Of a stretch of 64,000 nucleotides of DNA, positions 18,590-29,146 are shown one piece after another. The position numbers and the translations under genes are program-made. This DNA comes from Bacteroidota bacterium (lineage in GTDB: Bacteria > Bacteroidota > Bacteroidia > Flavobacteriales_D > Crocinitomicaceae): positions 16,266 through 80,265 of the forward strand of contig VGMY01000008.1 in the NCBI GenBank assembly GCA_016866255.1. Direction: 5' to 3'. Below the pieces are notes generated by a model. It worked only from the letters and a program-made list of their open reading frames with translations, did not search any database and was not told where the DNA came from. Position 1 is the stretch's first letter; each line of letters begins with the position of its first letter.

Positions 18590-18796
18590 TTAAGCGTTTG
18601 CTTTGGGGGTCTTGGTAGTTTTCTTTACCGCCTTCGGTGCCGCTGCTTTATCCGTGGCTTTTTTGGCCAGGCTCTTTTCTGCCTTTTTGGTTTTTGCCGA
18701 GGCAACGATTACTTTACTGGTTTTACGTTTTCTAACATTTCCGTAGGAACCCATAACACGTTTTCCTTTTGCCGTTTTTTTATCTCCTTTTCCCAT
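18590..18796 (-). CDS. 30S ribosomal protein THX with a Lys/Ala-rich C-terminal tail
   Basis: Start at ATG 18796: MGKGDKKTAKGKRVMGSYGNVRKRK matches the THX signature. It is followed by KTKKAEKSLAKKATDKAAAPKAVKKTTKTPKANA. The track's longer ORF overlaps trmH. Confidence 0.65.
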   Translation of the reverse strand: MGKGDKKTAKGKRVMGSYGNVRKRKTSKVIVASAKTKKAEKSLAKKATDKAAAPKAVKKTTKTPKANA

Positions 18797-18822
18797 GGTG
18801 TGTTTATTTTTCTTTTGGTAAA

Positions 18823-18830
18823 CAAAGTTA
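18823..18830 (-). promoter_or_regulatory. Candidate -7 box (TAacTTTG on the minus strand) for the THX gene
   Basis: Exact TAnnTTTG match 26 nt upstream of ATG 18796. It overlaps the trmH stop codon. Confidence 0.3.
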
Positions 18831-19514
18831 AAATTCTTTTTCGAAATATGCTTTCCTGAATTGTTTTTCGAGCATCTCTCCTCCATTTAACATGCGTTTA
18901 CTCCACTCAATTTTTAAATTAATTTGTTCTTCTTTCGTGAGGCGCCAGGGCAATTCCGATTGGTTTAGGCGTGACTTTATGTCCTGTAGCACCAAAGCTA
19001 CAGAAACCGAGAGGTTAAAACTTTCGGTAAATCCATACATGGGAATTTTAACGTGGTAGTCGGCATTATCGAGAAGGTAGGCAGATAGTCCAAGACGTTC
19101 GGTCCCAAAGCAAAGGGCTATTGGGTCCGTAATCGGCAGGTTGTTTGGGATGTAAGCATCTGCTCGAGGCGAAGTTGCAACAATCTTGTAGCCTTTCAGT
19201 TTCAGGGCATTGATGCAATCAATGGTTGCCTTACCTCGTTCTGTAAAACGATGCAGATCTATCCATTGTCCTGCTCCTCGGGCCACTTTTCGTTGCAGCG
19301 TATATTTGTTTTTGTCCTCGATGGCGTATAGGTGTTGTATGCCAAAACATTCGCAAGTTCGAATTACTGCCGACGCATTGTGTTCTTGAAATAAATCTTC
19401 CAAAACAACGGTCAGATAATGCGTCCGCTGTTCTGCTATGCGTTCGAACAAATTAGCTTTTTCGGGGGTAAGAAGCGTTTGGAAACATTGATAAACGTAT
19501 TCGATCGTGTTCAT
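18828..19514 (-). CDS. trmH: SpoU-family tRNA/rRNA 2'-O-methyltransferase (TrmH-like)
   Basis: Start taken at ATG 19514 (MNTIEYVYQ), which avoids overlap with corA. LTVVLEDLFQEHNASAVIRTCECFGIQ and the C-terminal SpoU knot region IPMYGFTESFNLSVS. Confidence 0.65.
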   Translation of the reverse strand: MNTIEYVYQCFQTLLTPEKANLFERIAEQRTHYLTVVLEDLFQEHNASAVIRTCECFGIQHLYAIEDKNKYTLQRKVARGAGQWIDLHRFTERGKATIDCINALKLKGYKIVATSPRADAYIPNNLPITDPIALCFGTERLGLSAYLLDNADYHVKIPMYGFTESFNLSVSVALVLQDIKSRLNQSELPWRLTKEEQINLKIEWSKRMLNGGEMLEKQFRKAYFEKEF

Positions 19515-19531
19515 AAATTTCCAGAACGGCT

Positions 19532-20554
19532 TTATTCGTCGGTATAATCGCTGCGTTTGATCCAACCACGGCGAAGGAAATACACGAACAAAGTGATCCC
19601 AATAGAAGCCATGATGCCTAATACGGTAAAGTACGCATTTTTCATTTTGATTTCAGGCATGTTTTCAAAATTCATCCCATACAAACCAGCGATAAAGGTT
19701 AATGGAATAAAAATCGCACTCACAATGGTAAGGGTTTTCATGATCTCATTCATGCGCTGACCTTGAGCAGCATAATAGAAGTTGGCCAAACCATCCAAAA
19801 TCTGTATTTGTCCGTCAATTTCTTCAATAAGGTTTTTGCTATGGTTGCTAAGGTTATTGAAATATCTATAATTATCGGGTTTAATCAAGGACCCTTCGCT
19901 ATTGGAAATTTGCTCGGTGATATCCCGCAATGGCCTGGCAATGACACGAAGCTGAATTAATTTGCGTTTTTGGGCTTCGATTTCGCGTAAAATAACTTTA
20001 TCCTCTTGTTTATGCAGCCTAATTTCCAGTTGGTCAGTAACTCCAATGACTTCGTCAAGGATGGAATAATAGTTGTCGAGAATACCCTCCATACAGCGGT
20101 ACAATAAGAAGTCGGAATTTTGAGAACGTATTTTTCCCTTAGCTTTTTCAATTCGTTCACGCACATGATCGAAATACTGATTCATTCGAGTCTGCATGGT
20201 AATAAGGTAGTCTTTCCCGAGAAAAAAGGTTATTTGATCCTCTTCAAAATACTCCGAACCTTCTTGACTGCCTCTGGCCAACAAAATGCTAAAATAGAGG
20301 TAGGTCGGATACTCCTCGATCTTTGGTCTTCGGTGTTGGATATAGATGTTTTCGATGCTAATTTTTTCAATTTTCAATTTGGTGCACAATTGAATGATCG
20401 CTTCTTTATCCGATAAGCCGTTTATGTCTAACCAACTTAAGTGATCTGCATCGAGCTCTTCGTCCAGAAACTCAGTAGAGAAATAGGAAATGGATTCCCG
20501 CTTTATCATGTAAAAGCAATGGTTGTACTTATATAATTGGCAATATTGTTCCAT
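19532..20554 (-). CDS. corA: Magnesium/cobalt transporter CorA
   Basis: YGMNFENMPE (the GMN motif) followed by the terminal TM helix; 340 aa. Confidence 0.85.
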   Translation of the reverse strand: MEQYCQLYKYNHCFYMIKRESISYFSTEFLDEELDADHLSWLDINGLSDKEAIIQLCTKLKIEKISIENIYIQHRRPKIEEYPTYLYFSILLARGSQEGSEYFEEDQITFFLGKDYLITMQTRMNQYFDHVRERIEKAKGKIRSQNSDFLLYRCMEGILDNYYSILDEVIGVTDQLEIRLHKQEDKVILREIEAQKRKLIQLRVIARPLRDITEQISNSEGSLIKPDNYRYFNNLSNHSKNLIEEIDGQIQILDGLANFYYAAQGQRMNEIMKTLTIVSAIFIPLTFIAGLYGMNFENMPEIKMKNAYFTVLGIMASIGITLFVYFLRRGWIKRSDYTDE

Positions 20555-20698
20555 GATCTATTGCTTTTTAATCGGTTCAGTTTGACAATTTTCGCAGGAC
20601 GATTTTTTGAAGAAAATGCGTCTTATCAAATAACCGAGGGCTAGAAGGGTGATAAGGACCGCCAAAATATTTTGAAACATAGGCGAAGGTAGGGAATT

Positions 20699-22648
20699 CT
20701 ATGCGAATAATTGATAACAAATAAAAGCGCTTAAATAGGCAAAAACCCCGTAGAGCGTAAATTGACACAAAGGAATTTTCCAAGATCCGGTTTCCCTTCT
20801 TGAAACGGCTAGGGTACTTAAACACTGCAGCGCAAAAACGTAGAAAACGAGCAAGGATATTCCCGATGCGAGGGTAAATTTTTTACTTCCGTCCGGGTTT
20901 CTGTCATGGGTTAATTTATCCCTTAAGTTGACAGTTCCTTTCGTCTGATCGTGTGAGTATAGGGTAGATAGTGCACCAACAAAAACTTCCCGGGCCAAAA
21001 AGGAAGAGCTAATCGCAATGCCGATTTTCCAATCGTATCCTAAGGGGGATATCATTGGTTCTAATTGCTTGCCGAATTTCCCCAGGTAGGAATGCTCCAG
21101 GAGAACCGAAGCTTGAATCAGTTTTCGTTGGTCTTTATCGGCTGAAATGTAGCGATTTTCTGTTTTTAAAGACTCAACTGCAGCGCGCCGTTCTTCGGAA
21201 GGGCCGTAATTTGATAATGCCCAGATAACGATTGAGAGGGCAAGAATTATTCCCCCGGCTTCAACGACAAAAACTTTTATTTTATCAAAAATCGTTACAA
21301 AAATATTTCGCCAATGCGGTGGTTTAAAATCGGGCATTTCCATCAGAAAAATGGAGCGTTGGTCTTGTCGAAGAATTCGTTGTAAGACTCCTGCAACGAA
21401 CATTGCCGCGAGTATTCCCAACAAGTAGAGCGCAAAGAGTACCAATCCTTGAAGTTCCATAAAATGAAAGACTGTCTTGGCAGGAATTACCACGGATATT
21501 ATCAAGGTGTATACAGGGATTCTCGCGCTACAGCTCATGAGGGGAGTAACGAAAAGAGTAATTAAGCGCTCCTTGGAATTTGGAATTCCCCGGGTAGCCA
21601 TAATCCCCGGAATGGCACAGGCCATACCCGACAACAGAGGAACAACACTTCGTCCATTCATCCCAAACGGCCTAACCAACCTATCCATGAGAAATACTGC
21701 TCTGGATAAATATCCGGAGTCTTCGAGCAAGGCAAGAAAAAAAAAGAGCAATCCGATTTGCGGAATAAATACAACAACTCCGGTTATGCCGGGAATGATG
21801 CCTCCGCAAATCAATGCTTGTACAGGGCCCTTGGGGAGTAGGTTTGCAAGTTCCTGTGAAACCCACTGTAGTCCTTGTTCTATGGCGTCCATTGGAAAGG
21901 CAGAAATCGTGAATACAGCTTGAAAAATGATTAATAACACCAAGGAAAAGATCAAATAGCCTAATATTGGATGTGTTAACCAGGTATCCATTTGATGTTT
22001 CTTCTTAACGGGCTCCTTGACAAGGACAATTTTTTCGTACAGCGTTTTGGCGTTGCCGTAGTGACTTTTTGTGTGAATTTCTTGTTGCGGCAAGTCCTCA
22101 ATATCCAAAAGCCCTTCATCGGTTGAAAGCGCCTTTTCGGGAGTTAAATTCTGTGTTTGGCGTTGAATGGCTTTTAACAAACGGTCTTTTCCTAATCCAA
22201 CCCTTGCATTCATGACAACTATCGGAGTTGAGGGCAGGTTTTTCTCGAGCGCCTCAACGTCGATACAAACCCCGTTTCGCTCGGCAACGTCTATCATGTT
22301 TATAATAAGGACGAGCGGTATATTTAAACTCGCTAATTGGGATAATAGGAGGAATCCTCTTTCCAAATTTGAGGCATCAACGACTACTAAGCCTATGTTA
22401 GGTTGTTGGTCTTGATTCAGTTGTTTTAGCGCATCGTAAACGACCCTTTCATCGTTACTTTTTGGATAAATGCTATAGATACCCGGATAGTCTGTGATGA
22501 TGTAGTCAACCCCATCCATAAGCACTGCACCTGTTTTTTTGTCAACGGTTACCCCGGGGAAATTGCCGATTTTTTGGCGTAGCCCCGTTAAGAGGTTAAA
22601 AAGGGTGCTTTTTCCGCAATTTGGATTGCCAAGCAATAACAGATTCAT
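20699..22648 (-). CDS. feoB: Ferrous iron transporter FeoB
   Basis: N-terminal G-domain LLGNPNCGKSTLFN followed by a polytopic membrane domain; 649 aa. Confidence 0.9.
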   Translation of the reverse strand: MNLLLLGNPNCGKSTLFNLLTGLRQKIGNFPGVTVDKKTGAVLMDGVDYIITDYPGIYSIYPKSNDERVVYDALKQLNQDQQPNIGLVVVDASNLERGFLLLSQLASLNIPLVLIINMIDVAERNGVCIDVEALEKNLPSTPIVVMNARVGLGKDRLLKAIQRQTQNLTPEKALSTDEGLLDIEDLPQQEIHTKSHYGNAKTLYEKIVLVKEPVKKKHQMDTWLTHPILGYLIFSLVLLIIFQAVFTISAFPMDAIEQGLQWVSQELANLLPKGPVQALICGGIIPGITGVVVFIPQIGLLFFFLALLEDSGYLSRAVFLMDRLVRPFGMNGRSVVPLLSGMACAIPGIMATRGIPNSKERLITLFVTPLMSCSARIPVYTLIISVVIPAKTVFHFMELQGLVLFALYLLGILAAMFVAGVLQRILRQDQRSIFLMEMPDFKPPHWRNIFVTIFDKIKVFVVEAGGIILALSIVIWALSNYGPSEERRAAVESLKTENRYISADKDQRKLIQASVLLEHSYLGKFGKQLEPMISPLGYDWKIGIAISSSFLAREVFVGALSTLYSHDQTKGTVNLRDKLTHDRNPDGSKKFTLASGISLLVFYVFALQCLSTLAVSRRETGSWKIPLCQFTLYGVFAYLSAFICYQLFA

Positions 22649-22872
22649 GGCGTCAGTTGATCAACTAATATGCATTCAGCATCCTTTAACCGTATCGATA
22701 TTTGGGTATTTCTATGTCGAAAGGCAATGGGCCCTCGAAAAGGAGCTTTCAGGGTGAGCGTAATTTCTACTCCCGAAACCACGCCCATTTCCATCAATTT
22801 GGTGCGTAAATAGGGCTGTGTGATTTCGAGTATTTTAACCTTACTTCGGTTCGGAAGTTCTGAAAGATTCAT
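22645..22872 (-). CDS. feoA: FeoA family protein
   Basis: 75-aa SH3-like small protein with a 4-nt overlap onto feoB. A TAtcTTTG box (plus-strand coordinates 22877..22884) lies just upstream. Confidence 0.75.
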   Translation of the reverse strand: MNLSELPNRSKVKILEITQPYLRTKLMEMGVVSGVEITLTLKAPFRGPIAFRHRNTQISIRLKDAECILVDQLTP

Positions 22873-22922
22873 GGCGCAAAGATAAGGCTAATAACCCACA
22901 ATCAGGTTTTGGCCGCAAGAAT

Positions 22923-24185
22923 TTACTTACTTAAAACGAATCGAGCTGTCTGCCGAGAGCGCTGTTCAAGCAAGATAATTCGACCCTCAAGCAGTTCTTC
23001 CAATATCTCTTGAGTGTAATGCCGTACCGTGAGCAATTCAACATTTTCATTGTAACGGCAGCTAAACTCAGGTTTAAATAATTCAATCAACGCCTCCATA
23101 TTTACCTTATCAGCATCCAACAAGGTCGAAAAATTCAACGCTGAGTTTTGCATTAAATTAATTTTGATTGCGTTGGAGTAAAAACGTTCAAAGATTTTTG
23201 CTAGGGCATCTTCGTTAATGAACGAAAAATCATTGGCAAAAAGGGTAACTAATATTTGATGTTTTTTCACAATAAAGGAAGGGACCAACTTGTCTGCGCT
23301 CTGTTCTTGTTGAATGACAGTTCCCTCCTTCAACGGATTTACAAAGCTCTTAATCAACAAGGGAATATTTTTATTTTGAAGGGGTTTTACCGTTTTTGGA
23401 TGAATTACGCTTGCCCCAAAATAGGCGAGTTCGATAGCTTCTTTGTAAGAAATCGATGAGAGCAATTGCGTGTTGGCGAAATATTTCGGGTCTGCATTTA
23501 ACATACCGGGCACATCCTTCCAAATGGTTACGTTATCCGCATCTAAGGCATAGGCTACGATTGCTGCAGAGTAATCGGATCCTTCTCGCCCCAGGGTGGT
23601 GGTGTATCCTTCTGATGAATGCCCAATGAAACCCTGAGAAATAAAAATCCGTTTGTTGGGCAGTCCCTGGATGCAGTTTTGTAATTTCAAAATGGTTTCA
23701 CTCCAATCCACGTTGGCCTCTTTGTAATGGTTATCCGTACGGATCAATTGTCGTGCGTCTAACCATTCTGCATCGATGTTGTACGATTTTAGGGTGGAAG
23801 CTAAAATCCTAGAGGATAATACCTCCCCCAACGAAACAATTTGATCGTATTCAAACCCGAAATGGGCAGAAATTGGGCTGTTGTAGCGCCTTCTCAAGGC
23901 GTCAAACAGATCCTTCAACTCTTCGATAAGTTCTTTGGAACTCGGAAGCGATAAATCGGCAACAACACCTCGATGAAATTCTTCCACCAATCGGACGGAA
24001 GATTCAAAGGAACGTTCGTTTCGCTCGAGTAATGTTTTTACCACTTCTTCCAATTGATTGGTGGTTTTATCCATGGCCGATACAATGATGAACAAGCGGT
24101 CTTCGTAATGTTGGATAATATTAACTACATTTTTAAGGGATTCCGCATTTTTTACCGAGGCGCCGCCAAATTTGAAAACTTTCAT
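22923..24185 (-). CDS. lysC: Aspartate kinase
   Basis: MKVFKFGGASV N-terminus, amino-acid kinase fold and C-terminal ACT-like region; 420 aa. Confidence 0.85.
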   Translation of the reverse strand: MKVFKFGGASVKNAESLKNVVNIIQHYEDRLFIIVSAMDKTTNQLEEVVKTLLERNERSFESSVRLVEEFHRGVVADLSLPSSKELIEELKDLFDALRRRYNSPISAHFGFEYDQIVSLGEVLSSRILASTLKSYNIDAEWLDARQLIRTDNHYKEANVDWSETILKLQNCIQGLPNKRIFISQGFIGHSSEGYTTTLGREGSDYSAAIVAYALDADNVTIWKDVPGMLNADPKYFANTQLLSSISYKEAIELAYFGASVIHPKTVKPLQNKNIPLLIKSFVNPLKEGTVIQQEQSADKLVPSFIVKKHQILVTLFANDFSFINEDALAKIFERFYSNAIKINLMQNSALNFSTLLDADKVNMEALIELFKPEFSCRYNENVELLTVRHYTQEILEELLEGRIILLEQRSRQTARFVLSK

Positions 24186-24189
24186 AATG

Positions 24190-25194
24190 CTACGACAGTA
24201 CTCGGGTTAATTCCTTCATTTTTTGTGAACAATTCGCGCCCTCATAAATCACCTCATAAACCGCTGATAATATTGGCATTTCCACCATAAATTTACGGTT
24301 GATTTCCATTAAACTTTTGGTGGCATAATACCCTTCTGCTATCATATTCAAGCTTTGTTGCGCGGATTCGAGCGTGAGGCCTTCCCCTAACATGTATCCG
24401 AAAGATCGATTTCTCGAAAATTTGGAGTAACAGGTAACCAACAAATCTCCCAAATATGCTATTGAATTCACATCTCGATGAATGGGGTGAATGACATTGA
24501 TGAAGCGTTTCATCTCTTGTATGGAATTACAGACCAGCACAGCTTGGAAATTATCTCCGTAGCCGAGTCCTGCATACATTCCAGCGGCAATTGCATATAC
24601 ATTTTTTAAGATAGCTCCTAATTCAGCACCGAATAAATCATCGCTCTCATTGACCGCTACATACTCGCACCTAAGTGCATCACTGAGGTGTTTTGTCAAC
24701 AGGCTGTTTTCACTTCCTACGGTCAAATACGATAATTTCTCCAAGGCGATTTCCTCTGCATGGCAAGGTCCGCAAATGATGCCTAAATGCTCGTAAGGAA
24801 TGTGGAATGTTTTATGAAAAAACCTCGCGGGAATTGCATTATGTTCTGGAACGATTCCTTTGATGGCTGAAATGACCCATTTTCCTTCAAACAGGGATGG
24901 GGAAAAACCACCTATGGTGGTATACAAAAATGCCGCAGGCATAGCAACGATCAGGATATCCGTGCTTTTTGCAAATGAATCAAATTCATGAAACAGGCAT
25001 AACTTATCCCTGTTGAAAGTAACGGATTGTAAATACTTGGGGTTACGCCCGTGTTGATGAATAAATGACGCATTTTCGGCTTTACCCACATGCCAACTAA
25101 CGTGATCTAAGTTTTCGCAAAGGATTTTAACAAGGGCCGTGGCCCAACTTCCGCTTCCTAATACTCCAAAACGATATGATTTATTTCCTTCCAA
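24190..25194 (-). CDS. gpsA: NAD(P)H-dependent glycerol-3-phosphate dehydrogenase
   Basis: GSGSWATAL dinucleotide-binding motif; 334 aa. Confidence 0.85.
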   Translation of the reverse strand: MEGNKSYRFGVLGSGSWATALVKILCENLDHVSWHVGKAENASFIHQHGRNPKYLQSVTFNRDKLCLFHEFDSFAKSTDILIVAMPAAFLYTTIGGFSPSLFEGKWVISAIKGIVPEHNAIPARFFHKTFHIPYEHLGIICGPCHAEEIALEKLSYLTVGSENSLLTKHLSDALRCEYVAVNESDDLFGAELGAILKNVYAIAAGMYAGLGYGDNFQAVLVCNSIQEMKRFINVIHPIHRDVNSIAYLGDLLVTCYSKFSRNRSFGYMLGEGLTLESAQQSLNMIAEGYYATKSLMEINRKFMVEMPILSAVYEVIYEGANCSQKMKELTRVLS

Positions 25195-25221
25195 ATACCC
25201 AAAGGTAGGATTTATGGCGAT

Positions 25222-25575
25222 TTAATTAAAATTCATTATTTCGCCTGTTTTCAAGGCTTCAGAAAAAGCGTCGCGCATACGTTCCAGTTTCAACTTTGCC
25301 TGAGGGTCGCCTAAAAATGCTTCTTGTTTTGTTTTGTAGTATGTATGTAACGACTGGCCAAACAAATCTTGCTCAAGACGCTTTTTTATTTCCAAAATCT
25401 TCGCATTTACGCCAATTAAGTAATGTTCAATTTCTCCTAATCGGGTTAATTCCTTTTGAGATAAATCGGTTTTTTTGAGTAAATAATGATAGTGAGGAAG
25501 CAATTCTTCCAACAAGCGCATGAACTTTTCAAGTTCTTCGTCCAATTCTTTTCGGTTCGATTTGAAGTCTGCCAT
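25222..25575 (-). CDS. Hypothetical helical protein
   Basis: 117-aa ORF, charged and helical. No family recognised. Confidence 0.55.
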   Translation of the reverse strand: MADFKSNRKELDEELEKFMRLLEELLPHYHYLLKKTDLSQKELTRLGEIEHYLIGVNAKILEIKKRLEQDLFGQSLHTYYKTKQEAFLGDPQAKLKLERMRDAFSEALKTGEIMNFN

Positions 25576-25620
25576 GTTGTGGTAAAAATACTATTTTATC
25601 CATACGAATATCGATTTTAT

Positions 25621-26574
25621 CTATTTTTTTTGTACCAGTCGATAGTTACCTGCTGCATTGCCCGCCAGAAATGCTTTGTAGTCCAAGATTTTTTTACCCT
25701 CGAGCTGTAATTTTTGAACGTAAAAATTGCCATCTATGCAAGGAAAAATAATGCCTTCGGGACTCGCTGCAAGCGGATCCGAAAGGTTTGATGCGCCTTT
25801 TTTAAAGCTGCCTTCGAGAATTTTACACAGGAGGTGTTGGGAGGTCCTAATGTCTTGTAAATAGCAATAGGCTGCCGGTATGGGATTCAGTCCACGAACC
25901 ATTCGCTCTATTTCCTTTCCGGAATGGCAAAAATTAATACGCGTGTTCTCTTTTGTGAGTTTAGGCGCATCCTTTAACAACGTGGCATTTATTTGAGTTT
26001 TTCCTTGCAGGGTTGACTCCTCGATACCTTTAAGAGTCTCTTGGATTAGCTGATTGCCCGGATCGAGCATGGCATCGTGCAACATTCCAGCGGTCCAATG
26101 GTCTTTGATCGTTACTTCTTTTTGTAAAAGAATGGAACCGCAATCAATGTGTTCATTGATCATAAAAGTGGTTAACCCTGTTTTTTTTTCTCCATGAATA
26201 ATGGCCCAATTTATTGGCGCGGCTCCCCGAAAATTTGGAAGCAAGGAGGCATGTAAATTGATGGTTCCTTTCGGGGGCATTTTCCAAACGGCTTCCGGCA
26301 GCATGCGAAAGGCGACGACTACAAAAATATCCGCTTGATAGGCGGCTAGGTCTTCGAGAAAAGCAGGGTCTTTTAACGAAAGGGGTTGAAGAATTGAGAT
26401 GTTGTTGTCGAGTGCAAATCGTTTAACTTCGCTTTCCTTTAGTTTTTGTCCTCGACCAGCAGGTTTATCTGCCGTCGTAACCACCGCTAAAACCTTGTGA
26501 TTGGAACGTAAGAGCCCTTCTAGCATATGCTTGGAAAACAGCGGGGTGCCCATGAAAACAAGAGTTAAGCCCAT
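25621..26574 (-). CDS. fmt: Methionyl-tRNA formyltransferase
   Basis: LVFMGTPLFS N-terminus and the formyltransferase core HASLLPNFRGAAPINW. Confidence 0.9.
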   Translation of the reverse strand: MGLTLVFMGTPLFSKHMLEGLLRSNHKVLAVVTTADKPAGRGQKLKESEVKRFALDNNISILQPLSLKDPAFLEDLAAYQADIFVVVAFRMLPEAVWKMPPKGTINLHASLLPNFRGAAPINWAIIHGEKKTGLTTFMINEHIDCGSILLQKEVTIKDHWTAGMLHDAMLDPGNQLIQETLKGIEESTLQGKTQINATLLKDAPKLTKENTRINFCHSGKEIERMVRGLNPIPAAYCYLQDIRTSQHLLCKILEGSFKKGASNLSDPLAASPEGIIFPCIDGNFYVQKLQLEGKKILDYKAFLAGNAAGNYRLVQKK

Positions 26575-27914
26575 CAGATTTTTTTTTGTTTCCAGTTAAA
26601 AAAGTACAGGTATAAGAGCGATAGTGCTCCCATAGTGCCAAAATAAATGTATTCTACGGTCCAAACGTAATAAATGTCAAATTTAAAAACCTTAATAAAG
26701 AGATATGCAAATACCATATATATCGTTACCGATACAATTTCAATCGTCATGGAGGCTACCGTATTACCGCTGCCGAGAATCGTTTGAAAATACACAGAGA
26801 CAATTCCGAAAATTAAAATAGAGCCTATGATAAGTTGAAGGATCGCACTGCTCTCCGCAAGAAATTCCTGATGAGGATTGATAATGGAAATTAGTGCTCT
26901 GGGGTAGATGATGGCACCGTGAAAAAATATAAGGAGAAAGATAAGGGTAAGTCGTTGAATTCGGCGCTGTATGAGCGGTATCGACTCCTGCTGACCCGCG
27001 CCAATATATTGGGAAATGTAGGTTTTTGTGGTGCTTGCAAAACCCCAGATGGGAACAAAGGCCAGAAAATACAGGGATCGTATGTTTTGCGACACGGTCA
27101 ATTCGAATTGCCCCATTTGTTCAATCCAAACAAAGAAGATGGTCCATGTAAATAATGCGAAAAAACCTTGTAACATGAGAGGTGTCCCAACTTTCAACAA
27201 GGCCTTAACTTCCGCCGAAATATTCCTCTTTTTCTGGAACAATTCGTAAGGGCGATTCATTCGCGAAACAAGCGTTACGGCTAATAAAAAAGACATACCG
27301 AGTGCGTCAGCTAGGGCCGATGCCAAACCTGCTCCCGCAACGCCCAATTCAGGAAAAACACCAATTCCGTAAATAAAAAGATAATCTAAAACAATGTTTC
27401 CTCCCGCGGTGATAAGGGCTGCGCTCAGCACCAGCCTTGTTCTACCTTGAGCCAAGTAGAGGGCCTGCAGTAGAAGCGTGATCATGGCAAAAAATAAACC
27501 GAATGACCGGTACTTTAAATACACCCCTTGGAGTTCGGCGACTTCGGCACTCAGGGCATTTCCTTGAATGATGGTTGGTACAACCGTTTGTAATAGCGTA
27601 AAAAAAAACGCCGCAAGCCCAATTAACACAAGGCCTGCAGCTGTTACCTGTTGACCAACGGCACTGAATTGTTCCTGACCAATCCTACGTGCCATAATAA
27701 TTTGCGCACCGTCTGACATCCCCATGAGCATGATGAAAAAAGTAACATATGCCAGCCCTGCATTTCCAACAGCATCGAAGCCTATGACCGAATATCGGCT
27801 GATGAACGCACTGTCTGTAATAAGTACCACGGATTGAATGAATCCTGATACCATCATAGGAAGGGCAAACATTAGTATGCTGCTATAACTTAACGATAAT
27901 GTTTTACTCGACAT
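26574..27914 (-). CDS. MATE family efflux transporter
   Basis: 446 aa with 12 predicted TM helices and a duplicated 6-TM organisation typical of MATE. Confidence 0.75.
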   Translation of the reverse strand: MSSKTLSLSYSSILMFALPMMVSGFIQSVVLITDSAFISRYSVIGFDAVGNAGLAYVTFFIMLMGMSDGAQIIMARRIGQEQFSAVGQQVTAAGLVLIGLAAFFFTLLQTVVPTIIQGNALSAEVAELQGVYLKYRSFGLFFAMITLLLQALYLAQGRTRLVLSAALITAGGNIVLDYLFIYGIGVFPELGVAGAGLASALADALGMSFLLAVTLVSRMNRPYELFQKKRNISAEVKALLKVGTPLMLQGFFALFTWTIFFVWIEQMGQFELTVSQNIRSLYFLAFVPIWGFASTTKTYISQYIGAGQQESIPLIQRRIQRLTLIFLLIFFHGAIIYPRALISIINPHQEFLAESSAILQLIIGSILIFGIVSVYFQTILGSGNTVASMTIEIVSVTIYMVFAYLFIKVFKFDIYYVWTVEYIYFGTMGALSLLYLYFFNWKQKKI

Positions 27915-29073
27915 ACAATACTAATCCCTTTAAATATTCACCTTCCGGGTGAAATGCTCCAACAGGATGGTCAGCAGGTTGATGCAGTTGATGTAGAATT
28001 TTGACCTTTCTCCCCGATTCAATGGCAGCTGCTACGATCGTATGTTTGAACAGCGCTTTATCGACCACTTGAGAACATGAAAATGTAAAGAGAATCCCCC
28101 CGGATTTAATTTGTCGTAATGCGTGAGCGTTCAACCGTTTATAGCCCTGTATTGCCTTATGTTTTTTGTCAAGATGTTTTGCGAAAGCAGGGGGGTCCAA
28201 AATAATGATGTCGAAGGGTTCGGGCAAATCTTTCAAAAAATCCATGGCGTCGCCAACTACCGAAACATGATTGTCGTGTAAATTGTTGAGGGCCAAATTT
28301 TTTTCAGTTAAAGCAATAGCTTTCGCGGAGGCGTCTAAAGAATAGACCAATTTTGCTTTATTCTTCAGCGCTTGAAGGCTGAAACCCCCCGAGTAACAAA
28401 ATGCATTGAGCACCGTTTTTCCGCTTGCCATTTTTCCGAGTAAAGCACGGTTGTCACGTTGATCGATGTAAAACCCGGTTTTTTGTCCCGAAATCCAATC
28501 TATGGCATATTTAATCCCGTCTTCCTCGGCAATATGGGGAGTGGGACAATCGCCGTGGAGGAAACCGTTTTCGATGTTTTGACGTTTTGGTAAGGTTTCG
28601 GATGATTTGTGGTAAAGCGCGACAAAGTTGTTTCCGAGGGTTTTTTTTAGCGCGCTCCGGATCGCATTTACGTGGTTCAATAATCCCACAGAATGGCATT
28701 GTAAAACTACGACACCGTTGTAAAAATCCATGATCAGCCCGGGAATCTCGTCCCCTTCTCCGTGACAAAGACGGCATATTCCTTCAGGGTAAAGAAGGCC
28801 CAAATTGACTCTAAGGCTTACCATGCTTTGAACCTTTTTATCCCAAAACTTCTGGTCTAAATCCTCTTCATCAAAAGTAAGGATACGAACCGCGATACTT
28901 CCATGTTGAAAATGGCCGGTTCCTAAATATTCTCCGGTGTGGGAAACTACTCGAACACATTCGCCGTCTAAAAAAGCATTAAAATTCGTGGCAATCGCTC
29001 CGGAGAATATCCAAGGATGTCTGCGCAATAAAGAAGATTCTTTTCCTTTTTTGAGAGCAACCTGTGGGTACAT
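27904..29073 (-). CDS. rlmI: Class I SAM-dependent rRNA methyltransferase (RlmI-like, PUA-containing)
   Basis: RRHPWIF N-terminal PUA-like region; methyltransferase motifs LNAFCYSGGFSL and IILDPPAF. Confidence 0.7.
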   Translation of the reverse strand: MYPQVALKKGKESSLLRRHPWIFSGAIATNFNAFLDGECVRVVSHTGEYLGTGHFQHGSIAVRILTFDEEDLDQKFWDKKVQSMVSLRVNLGLLYPEGICRLCHGEGDEIPGLIMDFYNGVVVLQCHSVGLLNHVNAIRSALKKTLGNNFVALYHKSSETLPKRQNIENGFLHGDCPTPHIAEEDGIKYAIDWISGQKTGFYIDQRDNRALLGKMASGKTVLNAFCYSGGFSLQALKNKAKLVYSLDASAKAIALTEKNLALNNLHDNHVSVVGDAMDFLKDLPEPFDIIILDPPAFAKHLDKKHKAIQGYKRLNAHALRQIKSGGILFTFSCSQVVDKALFKHTIVAAAIESGRKVKILHQLHQPADHPVGAFHPEGEYLKGLVLYVE

Positions 29074-29146
29074 TGGACAAATTTAAGGATAAATGAAGAG
29101 CTCGCGACCTCTTAATTATGGTATCTTTACCGAAAACAGGAGTGAT

